From Myxococcota bacterium (GTDB lineage Bacteria > Myxococcota_A > Polyangia > Polyangiales > Houyiibacteriaceae): 48,714 nucleotides of DNA. Of the stretch, positions 1-8,041 are shown piece by piece; within the stretch, counting starts at the first letter, position 1, and every line of letters begins with the position of its first letter. The stretch lies in contig JBCCAW010000001.1 of assembly GCA_039814655.1 (NCBI GenBank), positions 1 through 48,714 on the forward strand, in the 5' to 3' direction. The notes beneath the pieces are model-generated. The model had not been told where the DNA came from, searched no databases, and saw only the letters and a program-made list of their open reading frames with translations. The position numbers and the translations under genes are program-made.

Positions 1-599
1 CACCAGGGCGAACGCCCAACGAGTCCGCGCACGTGACTGCCGACGACGAGGTCCATGGTGCGAACCAGCCCGTTGCACGCCGAGCGCCAGCCCCGGACCT
101 CGCGTAGGCGGATCGTCGAACGCCCCTTGAGCTTGGCCTTCGTGAAGTCCTGGTGCGCGATGGCGTTGCGCCAGCTCATAAGCTCGTCGAGCTTCGCCTT
201 GCGTCTGCTGCTCTTGGTGTCCTCCGCGTCCAACGTCGCCCACAGCGCAAGTCCGAGCCGTTTGAAGTCAGACTCCAGGTTGTCGGGGTTCGGATTGCCG
301 CGGTCTAGCTTCCGGCCCCTGGTCAGCTCCACCTGCATGATCGGGCTGAGGCTCGTGGGGCGTGCCGATTTGGCGAGAAATGCGGAAGCCGTTGAGTGCA
401 CGTCGCGGCAATAGGCTTGGAAGTAGGAAGAGAGCAATACGGTGTAGGCCTGGTTCACCTGTTGCGTCGTGTGGCGACGTCCCGGGCCCGAACCGCCGAG
501 CGCCGCATGTGCCAACTCGAGACGATTGAGTTCCGCCTTCCGAGAGCCGAACCAGGCTTCGTGGGCTTTCGAGTGCATGTCAGGCCGCCACCAGGGCAT
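1..599 (-). CDS. HEPN-like domain protein (Rx4H motif); 3' end cut by the left window edge
   Basis: Hand translation of the minus strand. The ORF is absent from the track because it has no in-window stop. ATG at 599 (alternative ATG at 578), with an in-frame upstream stop at 639-641. Sequence reads MPWWRPDMHSKAHEAWFGSRKAELNRLELAH...QAYTVLLSSYFQAYCRDVH...KAKLDELMSWRNAIAHQDFTKAKL... The RNAIAH stretch fits the HEPN Rx4-6H signature. Amino-acid composition looks natural, unlike the overlapping shadow ORFs 55..414 and 396..704. Confidence 0.6.
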   Translation of the reverse strand, partial: MPWWRPDMHSKAHEAWFGSRKAELNRLELAHAALGGSGPGRRHTTQQVNQAYTVLLSSYFQAYCRDVHSTASAFLAKSARPTSLSPIMQVELTRGRKLDRGNPNPDNLESDFKRLGLALWATLDAEDTKSSRRKAKLDELMSWRNAIAHQDFTKAKLKGRSTIRLREVRGWRSACNGLVRTMDLVVGSHVRGLVGRSPW

Positions 600-825
600 G
601 CGTGCCCTTCGCCGGGGCGCACTCGGCGTGTCGGCTGCTCAGTCGTCGGTGTACGGATCTGCCGCGCGTGTGCGTCGATGCGGCCGTTCCGGCCCGGTCG
701 ATGAGGCATCGGGTCGGTAGCGTGGGGAGCGTCATGCGAGCGAGGTAGGCACCAAGGCCCTTCGAGGATTGCTGAACCCTGTGACGTAGGCCTGCCGATG
801 CCCATCCGGGCGAGGCCCCGTCCGC

Positions 826-1503
826 TCAACACTCCCCGTCCCTCAGCACGCCCAGCCCCTGCTGCAGCGCCGTGCAGGCGTTGTCGTAGGTCTGACCGTC
901 GCAGGCGCAGACGGGGGCGAGAATGTCGTCGCAGGCCTCGGGTCGGGGAAGGCACACGCCCTCGTCGCCGCGTATGCCGCAGCCGTCGTCTGCGTAGTCG
1001 CAGTAGGTGCCCGGTCCGCAGGGGGGGCCCGAGCCGCAGTTGCGCTCGCAGTCGGCGTTGCCGCGGAAGCATGCGAGAAGGTCCACGTAGAGCTCGCCGC
1101 AGTCCGCCCCCACGCACTCGCAGCCGCTCAGGAACTCGCAGGTCGCTCCGTTCCACGCCACGCCGAGCCCCAGCGCGCACACGCCCTCGCCGCGGGCGTC
1201 GAAGGGCGCGCATTGCGGCGGCGGCGGGCAGTCCTCCACATCCGGGCAGTTGAAGGCGCCGCGGGGGCAAATCAGGTCCTCGCCGCCCGTCTCACAGTTC
1301 GGCACCGGGCAGCAGCTCTCGGCCTCGGGCCCACAGGGCGTGTCCCCGCACACCAGCGGCATCGCCAGGTCCCGGGTGCCCGCGTCCGTCGCGGCCATGT
1401 CCCGCGCTCCCGCGTCGCCTCCCGGCGCGCCCCCCACCACCACGCCCCGCGCGCAGCCCAGGAGAATCATCAGTGGCACGGCTTGGCTCAGTCGAAGCGG
1501 CAT
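826..1503 (-). CDS. Cys-rich lipoprotein with C-terminal Kazal-type inhibitor-like domain
   Basis: Track ORF 826..1554 trimmed to ATG 1503, giving MPLRLSQAVPLMILLGCA (lipobox LLGC). The C-terminus EACDDILAPVCACDGQTYDNACTALQQGLGVLRDGEC has Kazal Cys spacing and the PVC..DG.TY.N.C core. Confidence 0.85.
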   Translation of the reverse strand: MPLRLSQAVPLMILLGCARGVVVGGAPGGDAGARDMAATDAGTRDLAMPLVCGDTPCGPEAESCCPVPNCETGGEDLICPRGAFNCPDVEDCPPPPQCAPFDARGEGVCALGLGVAWNGATCEFLSGCECVGADCGELYVDLLACFRGNADCERNCGSGPPCGPGTYCDYADDGCGIRGDEGVCLPRPEACDDILAPVCACDGQTYDNACTALQQGLGVLRDGEC

Positions 1504-1630
1504 GCGCCACCTTGGAGCACCGAGCGTGCCATGCGCCAGGCCGGCTCCCTCCATGCCTCCTCATCGTGTGCCGCCGCCCCGAAGCGCCGCCTCGGCGACG
1601 CCGCTGCGCTCGCTATGGCATGCTCGGTCC

Positions 1631-3712
1631 ATGGGGCCGAGCTCATGGCGACCAAGCTCGTGGCGACCAAGCTCGTGGCGGGGCGCGGCGCTGCTCGTCG
1701 CTTGGCTCGTCGCCTCCTGTGAGGCCGGCGGGCCGCCGCCGGAGCCCTGGGAGTTTCGGGTGCAGATGGACCTGCAGCCGGGCATCGAGGTCGCGGACCT
1801 TCGCATCGACGGCGTGCTGGCCAACGGCGCCACCGGCGTGCTGGCCCGCCGAGAGCTGACGCTCGCCGACGACCTCTTCCGTGAGCCCAGGTGGGTCGCG
1901 ACCGTCGCGCCGGGCGACGTCTTGCCCTTCGTCGTCGCCTTCGACGTGGTCGCCCTCGACGCGCTCGGCGCCGTAGTCCTGCGCGACCGGCGGCCGCGTC
2001 CGCCGCGCTCCGGGGTTGTCGAGGTGCGGCTGCTTCGCTCCTGCCTGGGCGTCTCCTGCGCCGGCGAGAGCGCCTGCCTTGGCGGGCGCTGCGTGCCCCT
2101 CGACTGCCGCCGCGGCGACGAGGCGAGCTGCCCGCCTCCCACGTGCACGGAGGACAGTGAGTGCGCGCCCGCGTCCACGCCCTGCGAGACCTTCTCCCGC
2201 TGCGAGGCCGGGCTGTGCCTGACGCGCATCGACCACTCTCTCTGTCCGATCCGGGAGCGATGCGACCTCGCCCTTGGCTGCGTGTCGGTGCCGGGGTTCG
2301 CTGCGGCCCCCGGCGAGGCCTGCCGCAACTCGTTCCAGTGCGAGAGCGGCGCCTGCGAAGGGGGCATCTGCTGCGACCGCGCGTGCTCGGCCTGCGAGCG
2401 CTGCGACGCCGGAACCTGCGTCGTGCGGGCCGGCTTCTCCGGCCCGGAGCCCGGCCCGGAAGTCTGCGACGGCCTCGATGACGATTGCGACGGGCGCATC
2501 GACGAAGGCGTCGAGACGAGCGACGTCGACGATTGCGGCGCCTGTGGCCTTCGCTGCGCGTCCGGCGAGTCGTGCAACGGGAAACGCTGCGTCGTCGACG
2601 CGCCCTGCGAGCGCTACCTGGGCTTTCCCTGCGCCGAGCTCGAAGTCACGACCAGGGCCGCGCCCTACCGCATTCCTGCGGGCTTCGCCCAATCGGTGGC
2701 CTTCGACGGGGAGCTGCTCGCCGTGGGCGCGCCCTTGGACGACCTGCCCTTCGCCGGCATCGACGCGGCGCCCCTCGAAGCGCCAGCTCCCGGGGCGGAT
2801 CGGTCCGCAGGCGCGGCCTTCGTCTTTCGCGTGGACGGCGACGACATCCGCATCGAAGCGGCCCTTCGCTTGCCGAGCGACGTGCTCGAAGACCGGAGCT
2901 TCACCTACCATTTCGGGCGGCACGTGGCGCTCTCCGGCGCAAGGCTCGCGGTCGCCGGCGGTCTCTTCCCCACCGTTTACCTCTACGTGCGCGACGACGC
3001 CGGGACCTGGTCCCTCGACCGGACCCTCCCCGGGCGCGAGGCCGTGCTGAGCCTCGCGTTCTCGTCCACCGGGGATCTCGTCGTCCTTCGCCTGGCTCGC
3101 GTTCAGGTCGTGCGGCCGGACGGCTCGCTGCGGTTGGACCTGGCGGTGCCCGCGGGCCCGGTGACGCTCGCGGTCGATGGGGAGCGGCTGGCGGTGCGTA
3201 CGAGGAACTCGCTCATCGCCGGCACCTTCGCCACGGGTCTCGCACCCGTCGAAGAGTCTCTTCGCTTTCCCGGGGCCGTCACCTTTGCCGGCGACTGGCT
3301 GCTCGGCCTCGAGGCGTCGTCGCTGCTCTCGTTCCGGGAGGGCGCGGGAGGCTGGGTGAGGGAGCGCGCCATCGCCTTGCCCGAAGGGTCCACCTTCGCC
3401 GGTCCCTTGGCCGTGACCGACGATTGGATTGTCCTTGGCGCGCCCAACGACCGGCTCACCGACGCGCCGGGCGTGGGCGCCGACACACGGCTCCGAGCCG
3501 GTACGGGTACCTCGGGCGCGGTCTATCTCTACCCGCGCGCGGACGACGGAGGGCCTATCGACGCGCCGCTCTACCTGCGCCCCTTGGACGACGACGCTCC
3601 GCGCGCTCGCTTTGGCGAGGCCGTCGCCGTCCAGGACGGCACGCTCTTCGTCACGGCCCCCGGCGACGATTCGGGAGTCGGCCTGGTGCGGGCCTTTCGG
3701 CTGCGCCCCTGA
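1631..3712 (+). CDS. Cys-rich lipoprotein with MopE-like putative metal-binding motif and FG-GAP-like propeller half
   Basis: Track ORF 1250..3712 trimmed to ATG 1631, giving MGPSSWRPSSWRPSSWRGAALLVAWLVASC (lipobox). Contains EVCDGLDDDCDGRIDEG. The C-terminal half carries GAPLDD...GAAFVFRV, GAPNDR...GAVYLYPR and TAPGDDSGVGLVRAFRL strands. Confidence 0.85.
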   Translation: MGPSSWRPSSWRPSSWRGAALLVAWLVASCEAGGPPPEPWEFRVQMDLQPGIEVADLRIDGVLANGATGVLARRELTLADDLFREPRWVATVAPGDVLPFVVAFDVVALDALGAVVLRDRRPRPPRSGVVEVRLLRSCLGVSCAGESACLGGRCVPLDCRRGDEASCPPPTCTEDSECAPASTPCETFSRCEAGLCLTRIDHSLCPIRERCDLALGCVSVPGFAAAPGEACRNSFQCESGACEGGICCDRACSACERCDAGTCVVRAGFSGPEPGPEVCDGLDDDCDGRIDEGVETSDVDDCGACGLRCASGESCNGKRCVVDAPCERYLGFPCAELEVTTRAAPYRIPAGFAQSVAFDGELLAVGAPLDDLPFAGIDAAPLEAPAPGADRSAGAAFVFRVDGDDIRIEAALRLPSDVLEDRSFTYHFGRHVALSGARLAVAGGLFPTVYLYVRDDAGTWSLDRTLPGREAVLSLAFSSTGDLVVLRLARVQVVRPDGSLRLDLAVPAGPVTLAVDGERLAVRTRNSLIAGTFATGLAPVEESLRFPGAVTFAGDWLLGLEASSLLSFREGAGGWVRERAIALPEGSTFAGPLAVTDDWIVLGAPNDRLTDAPGVGADTRLRAGTGTSGAVYLYPRADDGGPIDAPLYLRPLDDDAPRARFGEAVAVQDGTLFVTAPGDDSGVGLVRAFRLRP
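1646..1680 (+). repeat. 15-bp tandem duplication TGGCGACCAAGCTCG, 2.3 copies, inside the signal-peptide n-region
   Basis: Copies at 1646-1660 and 1661-1675 are identical, followed by a partial copy at 1676-1680. The repeat encodes SWRPS SWRPS SWR. Confidence 0.9.
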
Positions 3713-3806
3713 ACCCGCGCGCCGGCACCCGTCGCGTCACGGCACCCGGCGGTACCCATCGCGCGGCGGTGTTACTCGGGCGCCGTGTAACTCGGGCGCG
3801 GCGGTG

Positions 3807-4217
3807 CTACTCCGGCGCCGCCGCGCGGTCGCGTTCGCAGGCGATCCACTCGCCGAGCAGCAGGCGCTCGTCTGGGCTCGGGCCGCCGCCCGGGGGCATC
3901 GAATCGTTGTCGTCGGCGGCGCGGTTGTAGATGAGCTCCAGCCGGTTGAGCACGCCGGTCTGCTCGTCGAAGTTCACGCCTTCCGGGGCGCCGCCGCGGG
4001 CCATCAGGCCCTCGAGGCCGCTGCCGTGGCAGCCCGTGCACCAATTGCGCACGAAGGGCTCGCCGAAGGTCTCCCAGTCGAGCGTGCTCCCCTCGGGACA
4101 CGCCCGCAGCGAATAGACCCGCGCTTCGCCGCGCGGGCCCGCGGGGCTGGCGCCCTCGGCCGCGCACCCGAGCGGCAGCGAGAGCAACGCGAGCCAGGCG
4201 AGCGCCGCTCTACCCAT
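3807..4217 (-). CDS. Small c-type cytochrome-like lipoprotein (PSCyt1-like, CxxCH)
   Basis: MGRAALAWLALLSLPLGCA carries a lipobox. WCTGCHG is a haem-c motif. SMPPGGGPSPDERLLLGEWI resembles the Planctomycete cytochrome C domain. ATG 4217 overlaps the stop of the upstream gene (4210-4212) by 8 nt. Confidence 0.8.
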   Translation of the reverse strand: MGRAALAWLALLSLPLGCAAEGASPAGPRGEARVYSLRACPEGSTLDWETFGEPFVRNWCTGCHGSGLEGLMARGGAPEGVNFDEQTGVLNRLELIYNRAADDNDSMPPGGGPSPDERLLLGEWIACERDRAAAPE

Positions 4218-5571
4218 GGAAGGCCCGGAGCGGGACGGCGCCGGGGAAGGCCGTGGCCGCGTTCACGCCCGCGGCCTCGAGCACGCCCGCGGCGAAGTTC
4301 GCCGTTTGAATGCGCGCGCCGGCGGCGCTCTCTTCGCCCGTCTCCAGGTCGAGGCGCACGCTCTTGAAGTCGCTCGTCGTGCGGCCAAAGGTGCGCCCGC
4401 CGCGCACGCCGGCCCCGACGATCATCGCGCTCGCCACGGGCCAATGGTCCTTGCCGCCGCTCGGGTTGAGGAGCGGCGTCCGGCCCATCTCGCTCACCAC
4501 GACCACCATGGTCTCGTCGCTCAGGCCCGCGTCCTCGAGGCCGCCCATGAGCCCGTCGAGCGACGCGAAGAGCAGCTCGTGCAGGTTGTTCTGGAGCGCG
4601 TTGTTCTCGTGCGTGTCGAAGCTGCCGATCTCCACCATCACCGCCTGCGAGAAGTCGCGGCGGAGCGCCTCGATGCCCACCTCGAGCTGCGCCGCCGGGT
4701 CCGCCACCAGCGCGCGCTCGCCAAAGCCCGCCTCGCCGATGAACTGCCGGAGCTGGTCCGCCCGGCCCCGCGCGGCCCGCAGCTCCTCGGCCCGTCGCGT
4801 CGCCGTGCGCCGCGCCGCCGCCGCCCCAAAGCTCGCCTCGCGCTCGGCCCGGAAACCCGCCAGCAGCGCCTCCTCCGCCGAGGTCGGCACCACGTTCGGC
4901 GCGCCCATGAAGTCCGGGTAGGCCTGCGCCGGGTCCGCCAGCGCCAGGAGCTGGTTCGTGAGCCCCACGCGCCCCGTGAGCGACTCGAGGTCGCCGGCGC
5001 GCGCCGTGCTGCCGAGCACCAGGTAAGGGATGGGCCGGTCCGCGCCCAGGCAGGACGCCGTCAGCGCGCCCACGTCCGGCGCGTCGTCCCGAGGCGTGCC
5101 CGTGAGCACGCGCTTTTCGCAATCGCGATGCACGAAGCTGCGCACCTCGATGCCGTGCACCACGGCGGTCTGCTCGCCCCAGCGCTCGAAGAAGCGGCCC
5201 ACGCTCGGCCGGCTCGGCGCCGTGTGCACCTCCAGGTCCGCAAAGCGCCGCACCACGCCCGGCGCGCCGTCGATGGTCGCCACGTCCGGCTTCGGGTCGA
5301 TGCTGTAGGTCGTGTCCCAGCCGCCGCGCGCATACACGAGCACCAGCCGCCGCGGTGCGCGCTCCGTGCCGCCCACGTCGGCTCGCGCGGCGCTGGCGCC
5401 GAGGCGCCCGAGCGTCGCCGGACCGAGCGCCGTCGTGCCCAGCGCCGTCGTGCCCAGCGCGGCCGTACCGAGCGCCGCCGCGCCGCCCCGAAGCAGCGCA
5501 CGGCGCGAAACGGTCGTGCCCTGGGAAACAGGCGTGCCCGGGGAAAGGAACCGGCTCTTTCGTCGCGTCAT
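4210..5571 (-). CDS. DUF1501 family protein with twin-arginine signal
   Basis: Starts at ATG 5571 with a GAGGAGAG SD in the 10-nt gap 5572-5581. SRRALLRGGAAAL is Tat-like. GGWDTTYSIDPKP, SFDTHENN and SEMGRTP...GGKDHWP are motifs typical of DUF1501. Confidence 0.9.
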   Translation of the reverse strand: MTRRKSRFLSPGTPVSQGTTVSRRALLRGGAAALGTAALGTTALGTTALGPATLGRLGASAARADVGGTERAPRRLVLVYARGGWDTTYSIDPKPDVATIDGAPGVVRRFADLEVHTAPSRPSVGRFFERWGEQTAVVHGIEVRSFVHRDCEKRVLTGTPRDDAPDVGALTASCLGADRPIPYLVLGSTARAGDLESLTGRVGLTNQLLALADPAQAYPDFMGAPNVVPTSAEEALLAGFRAEREASFGAAAARRTATRRAEELRAARGRADQLRQFIGEAGFGERALVADPAAQLEVGIEALRRDFSQAVMVEIGSFDTHENNALQNNLHELLFASLDGLMGGLEDAGLSDETMVVVVSEMGRTPLLNPSGGKDHWPVASAMIVGAGVRGGRTFGRTTSDFKSVRLDLETGEESAAGARIQTANFAAGVLEAAGVNAATAFPGAVPLRAFHG

Positions 5572-5581
5572 CGGTCTCTCC

Positions 5582-7294
5582 TCAGTAGGTCGCGAAGCGA
5601 GGGTCTTCGAGTAGCGCGGCCAGCGTGAGCCCCCAGGCCCGCTCCGGGTCGCCGGACTCGGCGCGCAGCCCGGCGAAGAGCGCCTGGGCCGCGTCGAGGG
5701 CCGGGTCGTCCGGCGCCAGCCGCACGCCGTAGAGGCGCCGCTGGAGCTGGGCGAGCACCGCGCGCACCATGGCCTCGTCCGTGGTGCGGAGATCTGCGTC
5801 CGGGAAGAGGCGTCGCCGCTCGCCCGGCGCTTCGAAGTCCGCGCGCACCACGTGGAAGGCCGCGCGGCGGGCCAGCGTCTCGCGTACCAGGCTGCTCGTG
5901 GCCGTGGCCGAGCGCGCCGGCGTCGTCACCGTGAAGCCGTCCGTGCCGCCGGCGAGCACTTCGTAGCCGAGCACCGAGTCGTCCATCAGGTCGATGACGC
6001 CGAAGGTCGTCCCCGGGTCCTGTAGGAGCGCGTCGACGTCGAGCAGCATGCGGTAGCCGGTCAGGTCCTCCACCGCGCGCGCGAGCTGCCGCGGCCGCGC
6101 CAGGTGGAGCCCCTCGCTCCAGGCGTCCTCCTCGGCGTCCGAGCCCGCCAGGCGAAAGGCCGGCGCGAGCACCACGGCCCGGGCCAGGGCCCGCGCGTTC
6201 AGGTCTGCCTCGGTGAACACCGTGTAGAGCTGCTCGACGAGCGGGCGCGGCACGTCGCTCTGGGGCACGCGCAGCAGGTACGAGGCGAAGTGCCGCGAGG
6301 CGCAGAGCGCGAAGCGCGGGTCCGCGGCGATCTCCTGGCCGAGCTCGGCGATGGTCGACGCCGGCCGGCCGAAGTAGGCCGGGTCCGCCGTGCGCCGCGG
6401 CGCGGCGTTTTCCGGATCGAAGAGCGGGAAGGGCGTGGGGTAGCTGAAGGTCGCGATGGCCGGCGCGCCGCCGCCATAGGGCGCAAAGAACGCCGCCAGC
6501 GGGTCCAGGCTCTGGTGGCAGTTCTGGCAGCTCTCCTGCTCGGCGATGGCGTTCTCCACGGCCGCGTCGTCGCCGAGGTCCACGTCCGTGTCGATCTCCA
6601 CGCTCCGGTCCAGGAAGTCGAAGCAGAGCAGCGCGCGGCTCACCATGTTCGCCCGGCCGCGGTTCCGGTTGAAGAAGGTCGAGTCGTGGCGGTTGAAGAT
6701 GGCGCTGTCGCTCAGGATGCCCGCCACGTCGCGGCCGTCCGCCGGCCGCACGGCCTGCCAGCCGCCGCGCGCTTCGTCGTAGGGCAGGCCCCACACCGTC
6801 GCGACGGTCTCGTCCGCGAACACGTAGTCCGCCGTGACGATCTCGCCGTAGCTCAGGTCCCGGTCGATGATGTCGGCGATGAGCTCGAGGGGGCTGTCCG
6901 TGAGCGAGCGGTTCAGCTCGAGCTGCGGCACGTCCGCCAGCGGGCCGAAAGGCCGGAAGCCGAAGATGGCGCTGAAGCCGTCCAGGTTCATGCCCAGCAC
7001 GTCGCCGTGCAGGTCCCGCATGGTGTCCAAAAAGCGCGGGTCGTAGAGGTAGTTCTCCACGAGCTCCACGTAGCGGCCCGGGTCCGCCTCGATGGCGTCG
7101 AGCTCGTCCAGCGTGGGCCGCGTGCCGCGGAGCGCCATGGAGGCGCGGGTCAGGAGTGCCGCCGGGCCGAGCTCGTCGCGGAGCTCGCTCGGCGCGGGCT
7201 CCACGGGCTCCGCCGCGTCACCGCAGGCCACCAGCGCCAGCAGCGCCAAGAGCGCGTGCCCGCGGCCCCGCGCGTAGGTCCTTGCTCGTCTCAC
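5582..7294 (-). CDS. DUF1588/DUF1585-type (PSD-family) lipoprotein with internal CQNCH motif
   Basis: Track ORF 5582..7849 trimmed to GTG 7294 (GGAAGGAG SD 6 nt upstream), giving VRRARTYARGRGHALLALLALVACGD. Motifs seen: RPTLDELDAIEADPGRYVELVENYLYDPRF, EIVTADYVFADETVATVWGLPY, RGRANMVSRALLCFDF and ESCQNCHQSLDPLAAFF. The upstream 185 codons of the track ORF are R/P-rich shadow. Confidence 0.85.
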   Translation of the reverse strand: MRRARTYARGRGHALLALLALVACGDAAEPVEPAPSELRDELGPAALLTRASMALRGTRPTLDELDAIEADPGRYVELVENYLYDPRFLDTMRDLHGDVLGMNLDGFSAIFGFRPFGPLADVPQLELNRSLTDSPLELIADIIDRDLSYGEIVTADYVFADETVATVWGLPYDEARGGWQAVRPADGRDVAGILSDSAIFNRHDSTFFNRNRGRANMVSRALLCFDFLDRSVEIDTDVDLGDDAAVENAIAEQESCQNCHQSLDPLAAFFAPYGGGAPAIATFSYPTPFPLFDPENAAPRRTADPAYFGRPASTIAELGQEIAADPRFALCASRHFASYLLRVPQSDVPRPLVEQLYTVFTEADLNARALARAVVLAPAFRLAGSDAEEDAWSEGLHLARPRQLARAVEDLTGYRMLLDVDALLQDPGTTFGVIDLMDDSVLGYEVLAGGTDGFTVTTPARSATATSSLVRETLARRAAFHVVRADFEAPGERRRLFPDADLRTTDEAMVRAVLAQLQRRLYGVRLAPDDPALDAAQALFAGLRAESGDPERAWGLTLAALLEDPRFATY

Positions 7295-7899
7295 GGGCCG
7301 TCTCCTTCCGGTGCGTCGTCCATGGCGGGCGCCTCGCCGAAGCAGAGCGCGTAGGTCTCGCTCATCAAGTCCAGGCACACCGCGGCGCGGGTGAAGACGC
7401 AGATGTTCACCGCCTCTTCTTCGGCGCTGCAGCGCGGGTCGGCGCACCCGCCGTCGGCGCAGTCGACCTGGCAGCAGCGCTGCGCCACGTATTCGGCCTC
7501 GCAGCCGCGGGTCTGCGCGCAGCCCACCAGCAGCCGGAGCGCACAGCTCGCGCAGTCCCCGAAGAAGCCGTTGGGCGGCGAGGCGTCGGCGCCCAGGCAG
7601 CCGAAGACGCAGCCGATGTTGCCGGGCTCGAGCGGGCCACAGGCGTCGACGCAGGCGCGCGTGTCCGCGGTGCAGTAGGTGGCACCGTCGGGCTCCGGCG
7701 GCGGCACCGGCAAAAAGCCGCACTGGGCCTCGCGCTCCGGGTCCGAGGTGACCGGCGGGCTCATGCCGTCGCCGAGGGCTTCGAAGGGCGGGAGGCTCCC
7801 GGCGAGGCCGCCGTCCATCCCGTGGATGGGCGCGGTCTCGTCGCCGCAAGCGGCGGCCACGAGCGCGCAGGCGAGCGCGAGCTGGCGTCGAGCGAACAC
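7291..7899 (-). CDS. Cys-rich lipoprotein (18 Cys after the lipobox Cys), first gene of the operon
   Basis: Track ORF 7291..8007 trimmed to GTG 7899 (GGGGAGG SD), giving VFARRQLALACALVAAACGD. The stop TGA at 7291-7293 overlaps GTG 7294 of the next gene (GTGA). Confidence 0.75.
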   Translation of the reverse strand: MFARRQLALACALVAAACGDETAPIHGMDGGLAGSLPPFEALGDGMSPPVTSDPEREAQCGFLPVPPPEPDGATYCTADTRACVDACGPLEPGNIGCVFGCLGADASPPNGFFGDCASCALRLLVGCAQTRGCEAEYVAQRCCQVDCADGGCADPRCSAEEEAVNICVFTRAAVCLDLMSETYALCFGEAPAMDDAPEGDGP

Positions 7900-7911
7900 G
7901 GTTTGCCTCCC

Positions 7912-7929
7912 CAAGCCCGAGCGGGCTTG
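7912..7929 (-). other. GC-rich hairpin CAAGCCCG-AG-CGGGCTTG just upstream of the operon SD
   Basis: Perfect 8-bp inverted arms read directly from the sequence. Located between the kinase stop (8042) and GTG 7899. No U-tract follows, so its role (5'-UTR structure versus terminator) is open. Confidence 0.4.
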
Positions 7930-7954
7930 CCCAAGTCTACGGAGATTCCTCCGC

Positions 7955-7979
7955 CCCGCTTCCCTGTCGCGTCGATTCT
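7955..7979 (-). promoter_or_regulatory. Direct repeat TGTCGCGTCG-N5-TGTCGCGTCG, a candidate operator
   Basis: Identical 10-mers at 7955-7964 and 7970-7979, lying 56-80 nt upstream of GTG 7899. Confidence 0.3.
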
Positions 7980-8041
7980 TGTCGCGTCGGGCCACGGCTC
8001 CTTTCATCGACGGCAGGTCCGAAGATTGGCTGAAGGCGCGC

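Noticed and set aside
3765-3815. Three similar short units (GGTGTTACTCGGGCGCC, GTGTAACTCGGGCGC, GGTGCTACTCCGGCGCC) around the stop of the cytochrome-like gene.
   Set aside because: The period is irregular (15-19 nt) and the copies are imperfect. This is most simply a decayed local duplication of the gene's last codons (APE-stop). No functional inference is supportable.
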